IMG/VR virus record: IMGVR_UViG_3300029928_000006
Location: 26,075 to 90,074 of that record
DNA: 64,000 nt
Reading direction: 5' to 3' (one strand)
DNA from: a virus
Lineage: Duplodnaviria; Caudoviricetes
In this document: positions 41,008 to 51,181 of the stretch, piece by piece
Layout: every line of letters starts with the position of its first letter
How positions within the stretch are numbered: the first letter of the stretch is position 1
The notes under the pieces: model-generated
Told to the model about the DNA's origin: nothing
Seen by the model: the letters and a program-made list of their open reading frames with translations, nothing else
Database searches by the model: none
Made by a program: the position numbers and the translations under genes

Positions 41008-41397
41008 TCAAATATTGGATTTAATTTCTTCTATCATCTCGTCCACTTGTTTATGATTGCGGACAAGATAACATTTCATTTTACTCCTATGACGTTTAAG
41101 ATAATACTTAAACAGTTTCCATCGAAGAGGGAAGGAGTCTCCCATAAGACCTTTGCATTCTACTACGAATCCCTTACCAAGGAAATCTGGTAGATATGTA
41201 ATAGGTCTTATTTTTTCTCCAAGGAACTCAAATTTTGGAAGTAAAGTAAAATGCTTTGGCTCATACTTGACAGGTATTCCTGCTTTCATAAAAGCTTCAT
41301 AAGTATAGCATTCGAGTTTACTCCTAAAATGGAGACCATACTTATCGACCTTAGTCGCATTTTTTACTCTACCTTTAGACTTACTTATCGTAGGCAT
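41008..41397 (-). CDS. Small PD-(D/E)xK endonuclease (DUF1064-like)
   Basis: FRSKLECYTY...YEPKHF...ITYLPDF...VECKG. Confidence 0.75.
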   Translation of the reverse strand: MPTISKSKGRVKNATKVDKYGLHFRSKLECYTYEAFMKAGIPVKYEPKHFTLLPKFEFLGEKIRPITYLPDFLGKGFVVECKGLMGDSFPLRWKLFKYYLKRHRSKMKCYLVRNHKQVDEMIEEIKSNI

Positions 41398-41686
41398 ATC
41401 CTTTTCCTCTTACTTTGAATACGGATACACCCTTGAAATAAACAATATCTCCATCTGCTATACCAGTTTTATTACCGTGATGTATACAAACACATATACA
41501 TCCAGTATCAGTATAGCTATCCCATATGGTCATATATAAACCATTTGTAAGCTTTATTCTTATAAAACTATCTTTAGATAAAGACACCTGTTTAGTAAGT
41601 TTTTTCGTCAACCATTTATGTAATAGCGGAGACATTACTGCACCTCCGAGCACACCAAGTAGGCATCCTATTATTACGTCAATCAT
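41381..41686 (-). CDS. Hypothetical protein with N-terminal hydrophobic helix, 101 aa
   Basis: Track ORF with overlapping neighbours. Confidence 0.6.
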   Translation of the reverse strand: MIDVIIGCLLGVLGGAVMSPLLHKWLTKKLTKQVSLSKDSFIRIKLTNGLYMTIWDSYTDTGCICVCIHHGNKTGIADGDIVYFKGVSVFKVRGKGYAYDK

Positions 41687-42650
41687 ATCTTTGCAATGTT
41701 TTTGTAAGCCAATTTTTCATCGTAGCAAATCCATTATCACGGACAGCGTCTGATAAATCTTTAGCTTTAAATTTCTTATTAATGAAAAAGGCATCTAATT
41801 TATATTGTTTACTATACATTCTTGACTTATGTACTCCAGTCTCATCTCTATCGTATAATATAACGATATGCTTCCATTTGGAGCGTAAAGACTTAAGTAT
41901 ATCATCAGGAATAAATACTGTTTCACTAGCTGCGGCTATAGCATTAAAACCCATTTCGTAACACACCATGACATCTTTCAATGACTTGGTTATTATGAGT
42001 AGGTTACCTCCCTCTTTAGGTAATTCGGCTAATCCCTGTACGTGCCTATTTGTCAGATTGGTACGCCATTTAGTATACTTAGAGGCAAGCGGACGATAAA
42101 TCTTAAACTTATCATACACTTTATATGCATACATAGGACTAGTTTCCTTGTAGATACTTCGGACGATACTATTACAAAGAAAGTATTTAATACTAAATAC
42201 ATTGAATTTCTTCAACGTATCTATATGAATACCGAACTGCTTCCAGTATTGTTTGTCTACATTAGTAAACGGTTGTCGAACTATCCCGATATCAGTTTCG
42301 CCTTTCGGTTTATTGTACGTATTTGCTCTAGTTGTTAAATTAGGGTTTATTCTGCGTACAATACGCAATAATTCTCGTTCAAGCTCTTCTCTAGTCGTTA
42401 TACCTTTGTATTCTTTTAGGAACTTTAAAGCGTTCCCATAATCGCCAGTTCCTAGGTCTTTGTACAATAATCCTCCAGTTCTTGATTGAAATATCCCGAA
42501 CGATGGATTCTTATCTCCAGACCTTAGTGGGCTATTCATTAGTTTTCCAACCTTGAATTTCCCAAGACAATACGTATAGATGTCTAAATCAGTTAATTTG
42601 TTTAATATGTCTCTTAACGAAACGGTTATCGCTGTTCTAGTACTATACAT
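41679..42650 (-). CDS. dnaG: DNA primase (TOPRIM)
   Basis: SPLRSGDKNPSF, LIITKSLKDVM, ILYDRD and KDLSD motifs. Confidence 0.85.
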   Translation of the reverse strand: MYSTRTAITVSLRDILNKLTDLDIYTYCLGKFKVGKLMNSPLRSGDKNPSFGIFQSRTGGLLYKDLGTGDYGNALKFLKEYKGITTREELERELLRIVRRINPNLTTRANTYNKPKGETDIGIVRQPFTNVDKQYWKQFGIHIDTLKKFNVFSIKYFLCNSIVRSIYKETSPMYAYKVYDKFKIYRPLASKYTKWRTNLTNRHVQGLAELPKEGGNLLIITKSLKDVMVCYEMGFNAIAAASETVFIPDDILKSLRSKWKHIVILYDRDETGVHKSRMYSKQYKLDAFFINKKFKAKDLSDAVRDNGFATMKNWLTKTLQRYD

Positions 42651-42667
42651 AATAACTTATAAGTTAG

Positions 42668-42750
42668 TACCGTATATTGGAATCGAACCAATGATCTTTC
42701 CGGGGACTGTTCCAACGGAATGCTCTATGGCCTTTTTGAGCTAATACGGT
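42668..42750 (-). tRNA. Atypical tRNA-like gene with a 13-nt anticodon loop
   Basis: Acceptor ACCGTAT/ATACGGT, D stem GCTC/GAGC, stem TTCCG/CGGAA closing the loop TTGGAACAGTCCC, and T arm ATTGG-TTCGATT-CCAAT. Confidence 0.7.
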
Positions 42751-42970
42751 ATATAAAATGAGCAGTTTTATGACATGCTCAGGTCAACGCTGACGGGCGT
42801 TTAGCAGTTTACGGAGATGCTAAGCTCGGGATTAAGGATATCCAACCCCCACTTAGGTAGGGAACACCATGAGATTTGGGAACTTCAGAAGAAGTTCGCA
42901 TACAATTGACACCTGTCTTATCCTCACGGACGTGACGCCTACTCTCACGAGCAAGGATTCATAAGAATCG

Positions 42971-43013
42971 TGACTATGCTAGGAGTCGAACCTAGCCTAG
43001 TACCATAATAGTC
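42971..43013 (-). ncRNA. Mini tRNA-like element A (acceptor + T arm only)
   Basis: GACTAT-TATGGTACTAG-GCTAGG-TTCGACT-CCTAGC-ATAGTC-A: 12 contiguous bp, no D stem or anticodon arm. Confidence 0.6.
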
Positions 43014-43210
43014 TTATTGGAGGCATTTCACCTCCATAGGGTGACTGAATCACCTAGCTCCACCAACACCTATTCATGGCGGTATGACCCTCCTAGGTGT
43101 AACCACTTGGTTGTATAGTTTGACACACCTGCTGTGAAGACGATATAAGAATCACCTCCCGGATTTCGTACAATCAAGTAGCATTTATTTCTCCTGGTGT
43201 ACAATCTTCT

Positions 43211-43813
43211 TTAAAACGGAAGATCTGACGCACCGGCAGTATTCTCAGTTTCCGGAGTAGCGGTTGGTGGCACGTTAAGCGGATCGTTGTTTTCTTTATC
43301 AGCAACAACGGGGCGCTCCATAAGATCATTCTTAAAGAGCTTAATCTGAGAATCTGTGTTAGACATATCTTCAACGAAGATACCATAAGAACTTACACGA
43401 GTGTAACCTTTCTTATCGTAATTAACTTTCAAACGAAGCTTCTTCTTTGTAGCGATCATAGGATCAAGCATCTGCTTAACCCAATCAATCATCTCCTTAA
43501 AGGTCTGAAGCTCTGCATCTGGACGTTGTGGATAATAACAGTCGATAATCTGGCAAATACGACCAAACTGTGCGTTATCTCGCTTTTGTAGATCATCATC
43601 AGTCTTAATGTAAAGACCCTTTGTGTTCTTCCACTCTGTCATAGTAGCTGTTTGTCCGCCCTCATTTTCAAACACGATTTCCAAGAAATCAAGTCCTTGA
43701 GGTGACTTATTACAATTCACCTCTTTAAGGGTGACGTTTTCGTTAATACCAACTGGCATATAATTACCAGAGAATTCTTCGTTATTAGTTGTGGCTGTCT
43801 TTGTACTAAACAT
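43211..43813 (-). CDS. Putative ssDNA-binding protein
   Basis: Beta-rich protein with an acidic tail ending SDLPF, adjacent to a Sak4-like ATPase. Confidence 0.6.
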   Translation of the reverse strand: MFSTKTATTNNEEFSGNYMPVGINENVTLKEVNCNKSPQGLDFLEIVFENEGGQTATMTEWKNTKGLYIKTDDDLQKRDNAQFGRICQIIDCYYPQRPDAELQTFKEMIDWVKQMLDPMIATKKKLRLKVNYDKKGYTRVSSYGIFVEDMSNTDSQIKLFKNDLMERPVVADKENNDPLNVPPTATPETENTAGASDLPF

Positions 43814-43904
43814 AATTTCTATTTATTTTAATATACGTAATGCTAACCTATCTAATTTCCCTTCTGCATAATATGCCGAAGATCTAATAAATCTGTATAA
43901 CCTT

Positions 43905-44651
43905 TTACTTAAATATCCTATCCCAATGTGTTGTGAGAACTCCTGTTTCATCATCCATTTCAGATATTACAATGTCTTTGTTTCGTAAATGATCACTTCT
44001 ACATCCCATTGCAAGGTTTTTATCGGCCTTGAACTTTATATGAACTTCATTTCCGATTCTGTACATATAACCAACGCCATCACATTTTCTACATACCATT
44101 CCAGCTAACTTCCCGACAAGATCTAATGATCTTTCCGTAAGTTCTTCTCCGGTAGCCGGATCGTCTACAATGGTATCTTTAATGTGTCCTACCAAAATGA
44201 ACTCGTCACAAAGCTCTCTAAACATATCTATTACCTTAAGAACTGCTGTTCTAAGATAATAATAACCACTTCCCTGAGGAAGCGTTCGTACATCTGTACC
44301 TGTCCAATTTTTGCCTAATGGCTGCTGTCTATAAAGAGTAGCTGCATAACCAAGGCAAATCTCTTCAAGAGATGTAGCATTGTCAATTGTGATATGTCTA
44401 TAGAAATTATGACCTACTTCTTTATTCTTGGCACGAATGGCACTTGCTGCTTCACCTAAATCGTTAATCGTGCGACACTGGATGGCCATCGCGTCAACGA
44501 ACGTAGATCCTCCTTCTAGATCAATAATAAGATTATTATCTAATTGTGCCAAGGCTGAAGTCTTACCAACTTTTTCTCGACCAATTAATACTAGAAACTT
44601 GGGATTCGTAGTGCTTGCTGGAATTTTACTTGTAGGTAATGTTAAACTCAT
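43905..44651 (-). CDS. AAA_24 / Sak4-like recombination ATPase
   Basis: GREKVGKTS, IIDLEGG, ITIDNAT and FILVGH motifs. Confidence 0.8.
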   Translation of the reverse strand: MSLTLPTSKIPASTTNPKFLVLIGREKVGKTSALAQLDNNLIIDLEGGSTFVDAMAIQCRTINDLGEAASAIRAKNKEVGHNFYRHITIDNATSLEEICLGYAATLYRQQPLGKNWTGTDVRTLPQGSGYYYLRTAVLKVIDMFRELCDEFILVGHIKDTIVDDPATGEELTERSLDLVGKLAGMVCRKCDGVGYMYRIGNEVHIKFKADKNLAMGCRSDHLRNKDIVISEMDDETGVLTTHWDRIFK

Positions 44652-44677
44652 GATACTGTGATACTTAGTTTATTTAA

Positions 44678-45133
44678 TTAAAGCTTAATGTTGATGTCAA
44701 TGATAATCTTCTTCTTCTCCGGTGTAAGACTAGAGATAAAGTCGAAATTATTGAAATCCGAATAGCTGTAAAGGTCTGTACCAATCTGGATCTCATCATT
44801 ATAGAAAATGATGGGCGTACCATCATAAAGACGGTAAATCTTACCAAATGTAATACCCTCAGCCTTCTTCTTGCCGCAATTAGCAAGAATCTTGCAAGCC
44901 TTAATGAACAAATCGTCATCCTTCAGAGACTTGCCGATATAAGTATTATTAATGTCTGCGAACATAGCATCAATCAAATCTGCCTCCTTCTCCTTCTTTG
45001 TATCAGTAAACAAATAAGAGTTATTCTTCATCATAGAATCAAGAATAATATCATCAAGCATCTTTGAGTAAATGTTACCATTGTTAGTAGTGTTAGCAGT
45101 ATTGTTTTTAAACTTAATATCAAATGTTGTCAT
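44678..45133 (-). CDS. Hypothetical protein, 151 aa
   Basis: ATG to TAA within the replication operon. Confidence 0.65.
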   Translation of the reverse strand: MTTFDIKFKNNTANTTNNGNIYSKMLDDIILDSMMKNNSYLFTDTKKEKEADLIDAMFADINNTYIGKSLKDDDLFIKACKILANCGKKKAEGITFGKIYRLYDGTPIIFYNDEIQIGTDLYSYSDFNNFDFISSLTPEKKKIIIDINIKL

Positions 45134-45158
45134 AATTCAGCCTATATATTTTTAATGC

Positions 45159-46085
45159 TTAGCATTCAATCAAGTTGTTATATGCAAGGTCATTCTGGAA
45201 TTCAAGTATGCAGGGCTTTCCTGCGTCTCTATTCTTAAGTATATGTAAATATACTTTATTCTGAGTCGGCAAATGACTGGGACCATATTCCTGTATTCCA
45301 AGGATTTCTGGCCTATGAATAACTATTACATAATCACTGGCTTGAAACAATGCATCAGCAGATGAAATGTCGCTTCTCATTGGATAATGCGACAAAGGAT
45401 TATTAATTCTTTCTGGGGATTCAATATTTCTATTCATCTGAGCCAATTGTATAATTGACGTCATGGGGTACTTTTTCGCACTAATAAAAACTCTTTCGAG
45501 TTCTTGCATAGTTTCGATCACAGAACCAATAGGTTTGGTTAAAAGTGCATGATCGTACATTATAATGAAATGCCTATTTGTACCCTTTACGTATGTATTA
45601 TAGAAATATCTAATAATATCTTCTGCTTCCTTGGGAGTTGTAGGATTGTCTACAAACCATATAGGATACTCCTTTAGTTGATTAGATACTTGAACAACTT
45701 TTCTGAAGGTATCGTTGTCAAGGTCCTTTTCAGAACTATACAAAGTCGAAGTCGTTTTCCTAAGCTTACTAGAAAGCGTCCTTCCAACTTGCCTAAATCC
45801 AACCATCTCTAACGAGAAAACCAGAACTATTATTTCTTCCCCCTGATTCAAATCAATAATATCAGTGCTTATTTCGTTGCAAAAGCTCGATTTCCCACTG
45901 CCCGAAATACCAGCTATGGTGTAAACGGTATTAGGTTCAATACCTCCCATACACTGCTTATTAAACTTCGTCCATCTAGTCTTTAGAGATACTATAGAGT
46001 GATCTCTACGACCAGCGATATAGTTGATAGCTTCTTGAGCTACAACTGACATTGGTCGTATAAGATTAGATAAGTTCTGTTCCAT
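45159..46085 (-). CDS. dnaB: Replicative helicase, DnaB family
   Basis: GISGSGKSS, FSLEM, YDHALL, LAQMNRNIE and ILKNRDAG motifs. Confidence 0.9.
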   Translation of the reverse strand: MEQNLSNLIRPMSVVAQEAINYIAGRRDHSIVSLKTRWTKFNKQCMGGIEPNTVYTIAGISGSGKSSFCNEISTDIIDLNQGEEIIVLVFSLEMVGFRQVGRTLSSKLRKTTSTLYSSEKDLDNDTFRKVVQVSNQLKEYPIWFVDNPTTPKEAEDIIRYFYNTYVKGTNRHFIIMYDHALLTKPIGSVIETMQELERVFISAKKYPMTSIIQLAQMNRNIESPERINNPLSHYPMRSDISSADALFQASDYVIVIHRPEILGIQEYGPSHLPTQNKVYLHILKNRDAGKPCILEFQNDLAYNNLIEC

Positions 46086-46632
46086 AAGTCGATTCCTCCT
46101 GTTTGGAATTATCTTGCATTTCTTCCTCAGATTCTTCCCATTGATGATCTACTAGCCATTTCCACATCGTCTTCATATAACTAAGTTTACCTTGGCTTGT
46201 CTTTTTCTTCATTTCGAAGTCAAGACATTGAATAAGATGTTGAGCCATAGCTTCACTTTGTCCAACATAAGCATTGAATAGACGTCTACACTTGTTTACA
46301 TTGGCTCTAAGATAGTTTTTAGTACCATCTGGACGTAGAACATATACTGGGTACATCTCATAAAACAGATCGAAATAGTCCTTTTCTGGGCGAACTATAT
46401 TAGTAAGCGCATCTGTTGCACGATATGTAATTGACTTACCTCTCTCGATCGAGGTAATAAGTCCCTGAGAAACTAAGCTTGATACGTCTTCGTCGCTAAC
46501 TAGGCTGACAATTTTGCGGACGTCTTGATTGTAAGTTTTTTGATTCTTATCCAGTACCAAGCTTAGGAATATTAATTGATTTGAATTTATTCCTGGTATA
46601 TCCAGGAGTTTTGTGTTTAGTTCAATAATCAT
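46066..46632 (-). CDS. Hypothetical replication-associated protein, 188 aa
   Basis: Lies between PolB and DnaB; contains FDLFYEMYP. Confidence 0.6.
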   Translation of the reverse strand: MIIELNTKLLDIPGINSNQLIFLSLVLDKNQKTYNQDVRKIVSLVSDEDVSSLVSQGLITSIERGKSITYRATDALTNIVRPEKDYFDLFYEMYPVYVLRPDGTKNYLRANVNKCRRLFNAYVGQSEAMAQHLIQCLDFEMKKKTSQGKLSYMKTMWKWLVDHQWEESEEEMQDNSKQEESTYGTELI

Positions 46633-46653
46633 CTTATATACATAGATAAACGA

Positions 46654-48564
46654 TTAATCATCGAAGAGTGTTAATTGACGGTTCGTAAATGCACTAACAA
46701 TCTTATTGGCTTTGCCTATATAATATTGATAGTTTATCTTCTTACCGTCTGTATCTATACTATCCATGGTATCAAGAATTCTTACTCCGCAATCTGTTAT
46801 TTTTTCTTCACGTTTTGCTTCATAAGTTTTATCTTTAATACGCATTAGATAATATCCTGAATTTGATGCGTAGTATCTATTAATCCTTTGAACTGGCTTC
46901 CTACCATATTCAACTTTAAATTCCCTATTTACGCTTTGAGACATTAGGAAATCACGGATATCTCTATCCTCCTTAATAAATTTGTCTATCGGTTCTTTTG
47001 TTAAAAAATAGTTTATTACAGCTTTTGGTATAACAACTGGTGTCATGCTATTGTTAAAACCTATTTCTGTAATAAACCTGCCTTTCTTTTCTATCAGTCT
47101 TGGGTCTCTAGATTGAGAGTATCCCTTGCGAATTCCAAAGTAATTATTCACGTCGTACTGATAAAACGACTCATAGTCATCGGATTCGAAAGTAAGCTGG
47201 GTTAATTGCTCAATGTCCTTTACAGCGTGGTTTATGGCTTCGCGATCGGATTCATTGGCAATATAAACGACACCATCTGTATTAACTTGTACAATCTCAC
47301 AATTTAATGCGATAAGCTTATCTACTAGCATTAATAGTATAAGTTGTCCGTTTATACGTATTTTATATATGCTAAGCGGATCATAAGCCCAGCTACTTTC
47401 TTGTTGCATCTTTCCGGTAAGAGCATTGAGAGCCTGTTTAAACGCCTTAGACTTCAATTTCTCTCCACTATGTTTGGCAGCAACCCTCTCTTCATATAGA
47501 GATTTGTACACATTCCAAAATTCTTTTCCTAAGTGAACCGGTAGCCACTTGTATATAAGTGCTAATGAAGGGTACATCGAAGTAACATCTGAGTGCCCTA
47601 TAAACTGTCCATCTTTAGGTTTGAAGATTCTTGGTTCATTGATGGTGTGTATACCACCTTCACCTATAGAATAGCAAATGTTCGAGAGAACAAACTTCTT
47701 CTCGTAGTTTTCTTGTTTCTTATCAGACTTACATGGGTTACATATAGCGTTCTTTACATCCAATAAGACTTCTTTCAACTTTGGATTAGAATATTGTATA
47801 AATGGAAGAATGATGTCCTTAAGAGATATGTTTCCGATTCTTCGAGTAATTGCCTTGAGGTCATCTTTAGACGCTTTATTATACTTTCTGTATTCTCTAA
47901 GTAGTATTTCTTCTCCGAATCTTACTCCACTCATCGAAAGGGCATCAAACTTCCATTCTTTTTCTACAGTCAAACGTAGTTCTACTTCATCTTTTACTTT
48001 ATTAAGCAAGGCTTCAGTAGCTTCTACATCATTGACATTGTATGCTATCATATTATCAATTTCTCCATCAAGGAGTCGAGAGTCGAAACTTCCATCAAAT
48101 TCTTGTACATTATTCATATGTAGCAAGATCTCAATTTCTTTAAGACTCTTTTGCTGTTTAGAGCTATATAGCATAGTCATAAGATCAAATGAATAGAAGT
48201 AATTTGCATACTTATATTCTTTAATCTTGTCAGTTTTTTCAGTTTTCTCTGAACTTATAATTTCCTTACTTAAATAGTACAATGAATTACAAATACGAAG
48301 ATAACCTAACCGCTTCATAATACCGTAAAATCGTATCATGTAGTTTATTATTATGTCATCATAATGCTTATTGTTATATCCACATATGACGTGTTCTACT
48401 CTTTTATGGTAAAAGAAGTCAACTAGTTCTTCTAGCTGATTTTTTCGGTTAGATATCTCGAATTTATGTAGTTTATGACTTTCGGAATCTTTACAAGTAC
48501 AATGAAAACAATTAGGAAAAACCTCTATGTCATATAGAACTACTGGTCTATCCTTTATTATCAT
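46654..48564 (-). CDS. polB: Family B DNA polymerase
   Basis: Exonuclease motif YDIEVFPN, plus DVTSMYPSL, KQALNALTGK and QVNTDGV. Likely start is MIIKD at 48564. No in-frame TAG. Confidence 0.92.
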   Translation of the reverse strand: MIIKDRPVVLYDIEVFPNCFHCTCKDSESHKLHKFEISNRKNQLEELVDFFYHKRVEHVICGYNNKHYDDIIINYMIRFYGIMKRLGYLRICNSLYYLSKEIISSEKTEKTDKIKEYKYANYFYSFDLMTMLYSSKQQKSLKEIEILLHMNNVQEFDGSFDSRLLDGEIDNMIAYNVNDVEATEALLNKVKDEVELRLTVEKEWKFDALSMSGVRFGEEILLREYRKYNKASKDDLKAITRRIGNISLKDIILPFIQYSNPKLKEVLLDVKNAICNPCKSDKKQENYEKKFVLSNICYSIGEGGIHTINEPRIFKPKDGQFIGHSDVTSMYPSLALIYKWLPVHLGKEFWNVYKSLYEERVAAKHSGEKLKSKAFKQALNALTGKMQQESSWAYDPLSIYKIRINGQLILLMLVDKLIALNCEIVQVNTDGVVYIANESDREAINHAVKDIEQLTQLTFESDDYESFYQYDVNNYFGIRKGYSQSRDPRLIEKKGRFITEIGFNNSMTPVVIPKAVINYFLTKEPIDKFIKEDRDIRDFLMSQSVNREFKVEYGRKPVQRINRYYASNSGYYLMRIKDKTYEAKREEKITDCGVRILDTMDSIDTDGKKINYQYYIGKANKIVSAFTNRQLTLFDD

Positions 48565-48662
48565 AGTCCCTAGTGAGGGTTTGCACCTCGCAGTCATATC
48601 CATGTATGGAGCACACTAGGGTAACCACTGGTGTCGTGGTCAATTTGGATTAATTAAAGCTT

Positions 48663-49307
48663 TTACGCAGCCAACTCCATTTTTGGGAGCAATATACGAC
48701 CACGATTAGCTTTACGATCTAATAGATTTGTACAAACACATTTAGGGTTTGTCTTCCTAATTGTATTTGTTATAGTTTGAGCTTTGCGCATAATAACTGT
48801 TTTGACGGATAGGTTTCCAGCTCCTTTTGCTCTAACAACCTCTCCATACTTATCAGGTATTTTTGCTATTTCTCGCTCAACATATTTATTATCGCTAACT
48901 TCAAATCTGCCAATCAACGATAGTTTATTTGTATACTTGTTAATTACAACATTTCTCAAGTATTCTTCAGCATTTTGTCGCTTATTATCCCATACTGGGA
49001 ACTCTTGAGAATAAAAGAGATCATCCTTCTCTACTGGACAAGGATTCTTCTTTTCCCACTTTTTAAGTTTATGCTGAACATATCCCTCCATAAGTTCTGT
49101 TCGGTTAATCTTCTTACCCTTTACACGAGATTCAATTACACTTGAATCACGCTTAGATAACAAGAACCATGGCCTTTTGCGTTTAAGACCTTGTATCTGG
49201 TGTTCTTTACAGAATTTATGGGTTGTACCGTGGTGCTTATCAAATTCATCTTTCCATGCCTTTTTAGCGTTTCGGTACACTTTCAAATATTGATTATTTG
49301 TATTCAT
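48663..49307 (-). CDS. Basic hypothetical protein, 214 aa
   Basis: ATG to TAA. Confidence 0.65.
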   Translation of the reverse strand: MNTNNQYLKVYRNAKKAWKDEFDKHHGTTHKFCKEHQIQGLKRKRPWFLLSKRDSSVIESRVKGKKINRTELMEGYVQHKLKKWEKKNPCPVEKDDLFYSQEFPVWDNKRQNAEEYLRNVVINKYTNKLSLIGRFEVSDNKYVEREIAKIPDKYGEVVRAKGAGNLSVKTVIMRKAQTITNTIRKTNPKCVCTNLLDRKANRGRILLPKMELAA

Positions 49308-49324
49308 AACGTATTCTTTTTAGA

Positions 49325-50233
49325 TTAAGCTGCTTGTTTGTTTGAGTTTGGCTTGATAGATTTTACCTGTGTTGGCTTCTTATTTACTGGCTTGGCATTG
49401 GCTTCCGCCTTTTTAAGCTTACGAAGCTTATAGCCGTTAATATTACGACTCTTAGAGCACTTTATACTATGCGGTGTCCCTCCTTTCTTAGGCTTCTTTA
49501 TCTTAAGCGACGTAGTAGTTATACCAGCAACTTCAAATGGACTTGTTTTGTCAGAACGATACTGATAAAACGTAACATCCCCTATCAAGTCACGAAGCTT
49601 CTCAACGCTATCTTTTGGTACATTCTTAAGGAATGCAGACGAGTTTGTAATGCATGCAGCTTTTATGCCGCAGTCCTTTACAAGCTTTTCGATATCGTTT
49701 CGCTTCTTAAGGGTATCATCACAAACGATAACTATATCGTATGTTGTTGCAGAGTCCCACTGTTTCTTAGCTATACTTATAATTTTCTTTGTTGTAACCC
49801 CATCAAGTTTCATTCGAGAACAACGACGTTTGATTGAAGCTATGTGTCTAGCCTCTGCTAATTTACGACGTTCTTCCTGCCTCTTCTTACGCTCTTCTAG
49901 AGTTATTTTAACGGGCCCTGACGCCTTTGTTTTCTTCACTCCGGCCAACATATCAGCTGCAGCTTTTTTACGAGCTCTACGGGCTTCTATACGCGCCTTA
50001 GAAGCTGCTTTCTTAGCATCCTCTTTGGTCTTTTTCTGAGGTTTAATTTCATCAGACTTTGCTTGAACCTTTTTATTCAATGCTTTATATTCTGACTCTG
50101 TTAAAACCTCAAGGGCTTTTTTCTTACCATTAGCAGACTTAGACTCTTCCTTCTTAGTTGCCTCGGCCTTAGCCGGTGTATTATTTATCTTAGCGCGAAC
50201 CTTCTTGAGGTTCTTCTTATTCTTCTTTGACAT
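49325..50233 (-). CDS. Lys/Arg-rich hypothetical protein, 302 aa
   Basis: ATG to TAA; highly basic with coiled-coil character. Confidence 0.7.
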   Translation of the reverse strand: MSKKNKKNLKKVRAKINNTPAKAEATKKEESKSANGKKKALEVLTESEYKALNKKVQAKSDEIKPQKKTKEDAKKAASKARIEARRARKKAAADMLAGVKKTKASGPVKITLEERKKRQEERRKLAEARHIASIKRRCSRMKLDGVTTKKIISIAKKQWDSATTYDIVIVCDDTLKKRNDIEKLVKDCGIKAACITNSSAFLKNVPKDSVEKLRDLIGDVTFYQYRSDKTSPFEVAGITTTSLKIKKPKKGGTPHSIKCSKSRNINGYKLRKLKKAEANAKPVNKKPTQVKSIKPNSNKQAA

Positions 50234-50289
50234 AATTTTGATAATTAAATAGATTTACGATGTTATATTTAAGGCAAGGGATTCCTTAG

Positions 50290-50345
50290 TAGTTCGTGTA
50301 AGTCTCGATCTTACTCCTTTCGGCGACCCAAAAATGTCTCGAACT
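50290..50345 (-). ncRNA. Mini tRNA-like element B
   Basis: AGTTCG...GTAAG-ATCGAGA-CTTAC-A-CGAACT-A, with small internal hairpins GAC/GTC and CC-GAAA-GG. Confidence 0.45.
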
Positions 50346-50356
50346 TATTATAGTCT

Positions 50357-50905
50357 TTATATAGCCATATCCTGTTCAAACTTATCAGCAATGCTGCCAG
50401 TAATCTCAATAGAAGTCTCGTTATTAAACTTCTCAAGATTAGCGTCATACTTATTTGCTAATAGTTGATGCTCATGGATAAGCTGTGCTATCTTTGCCGA
50501 TGAAAATACCTCACGTTTAGGCATCGCTTTTAATCCCTTCTTTGCCTTAGTTGCTGGATCAAGTGTCTTGATCATCTTAAGTTGAGCGATTGCCTCTTTA
50601 GCCTCACAGGCTGCAAAGATACTATAATTATTTGTCTTCTTAAAGTCCTCATAAGAGAACGTTGTTGTACCTGTATTAAGAGCTAGTAGAATACCCTTAA
50701 TCATAATACGCTTCTCACTGAGCTGAATAATTTGATTATACAAGCTCTTGAGATCTAAGCCAGAACCTTGCTTTGCTGCTATAGCCTTCTTTGCCATAAG
50801 GTTCTCTGCTCGAATAATTCGCCAGTACTTGTTAATTGTTGTATCAAGATTCTTACGAATAGTAATAATATTTGCTGAGTTCAATTTAATTGATTTCTTA
50901 TTCAT
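50357..50905 (-). CDS. Hypothetical protein, 182 aa
   Basis: ATG to TAA. Confidence 0.7.
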   Translation of the reverse strand: MNKKSIKLNSANIITIRKNLDTTINKYWRIIRAENLMAKKAIAAKQGSGLDLKSLYNQIIQLSEKRIMIKGILLALNTGTTTFSYEDFKKTNNYSIFAACEAKEAIAQLKMIKTLDPATKAKKGLKAMPKREVFSSAKIAQLIHEHQLLANKYDANLEKFNNETSIEITGSIADKFEQDMAI

Positions 50906-51181
50906 GTAGTTTGATTAAAATTAAACAATTACTTGAATCCAGCCATTTGCCTAGTTCTACAATTATAATTTAATATAAATGTAGATAAAGAATATCTCTT
51001 GGTAGTTTACCCACGCATGGGAAACTACCTATTCTCCGCAGAGAACGTTTAGAGAAATTCTTTAAATGATTCTTTATTAAGTACAAATACAAACTGTATT
51101 TGCTTTCAAGTTCATAAGTTCATGAAATGTATATTTGTCGACGCATCGACTCTTATACCACTCCCTCGGGAATGTTTCTGT

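Noticed and set aside
51000-51030. Hairpin ggtagttt...aaactacc as a novel RNA element
   Set aside because: A single intergenic hairpin adequately explained as a terminator or stability element.
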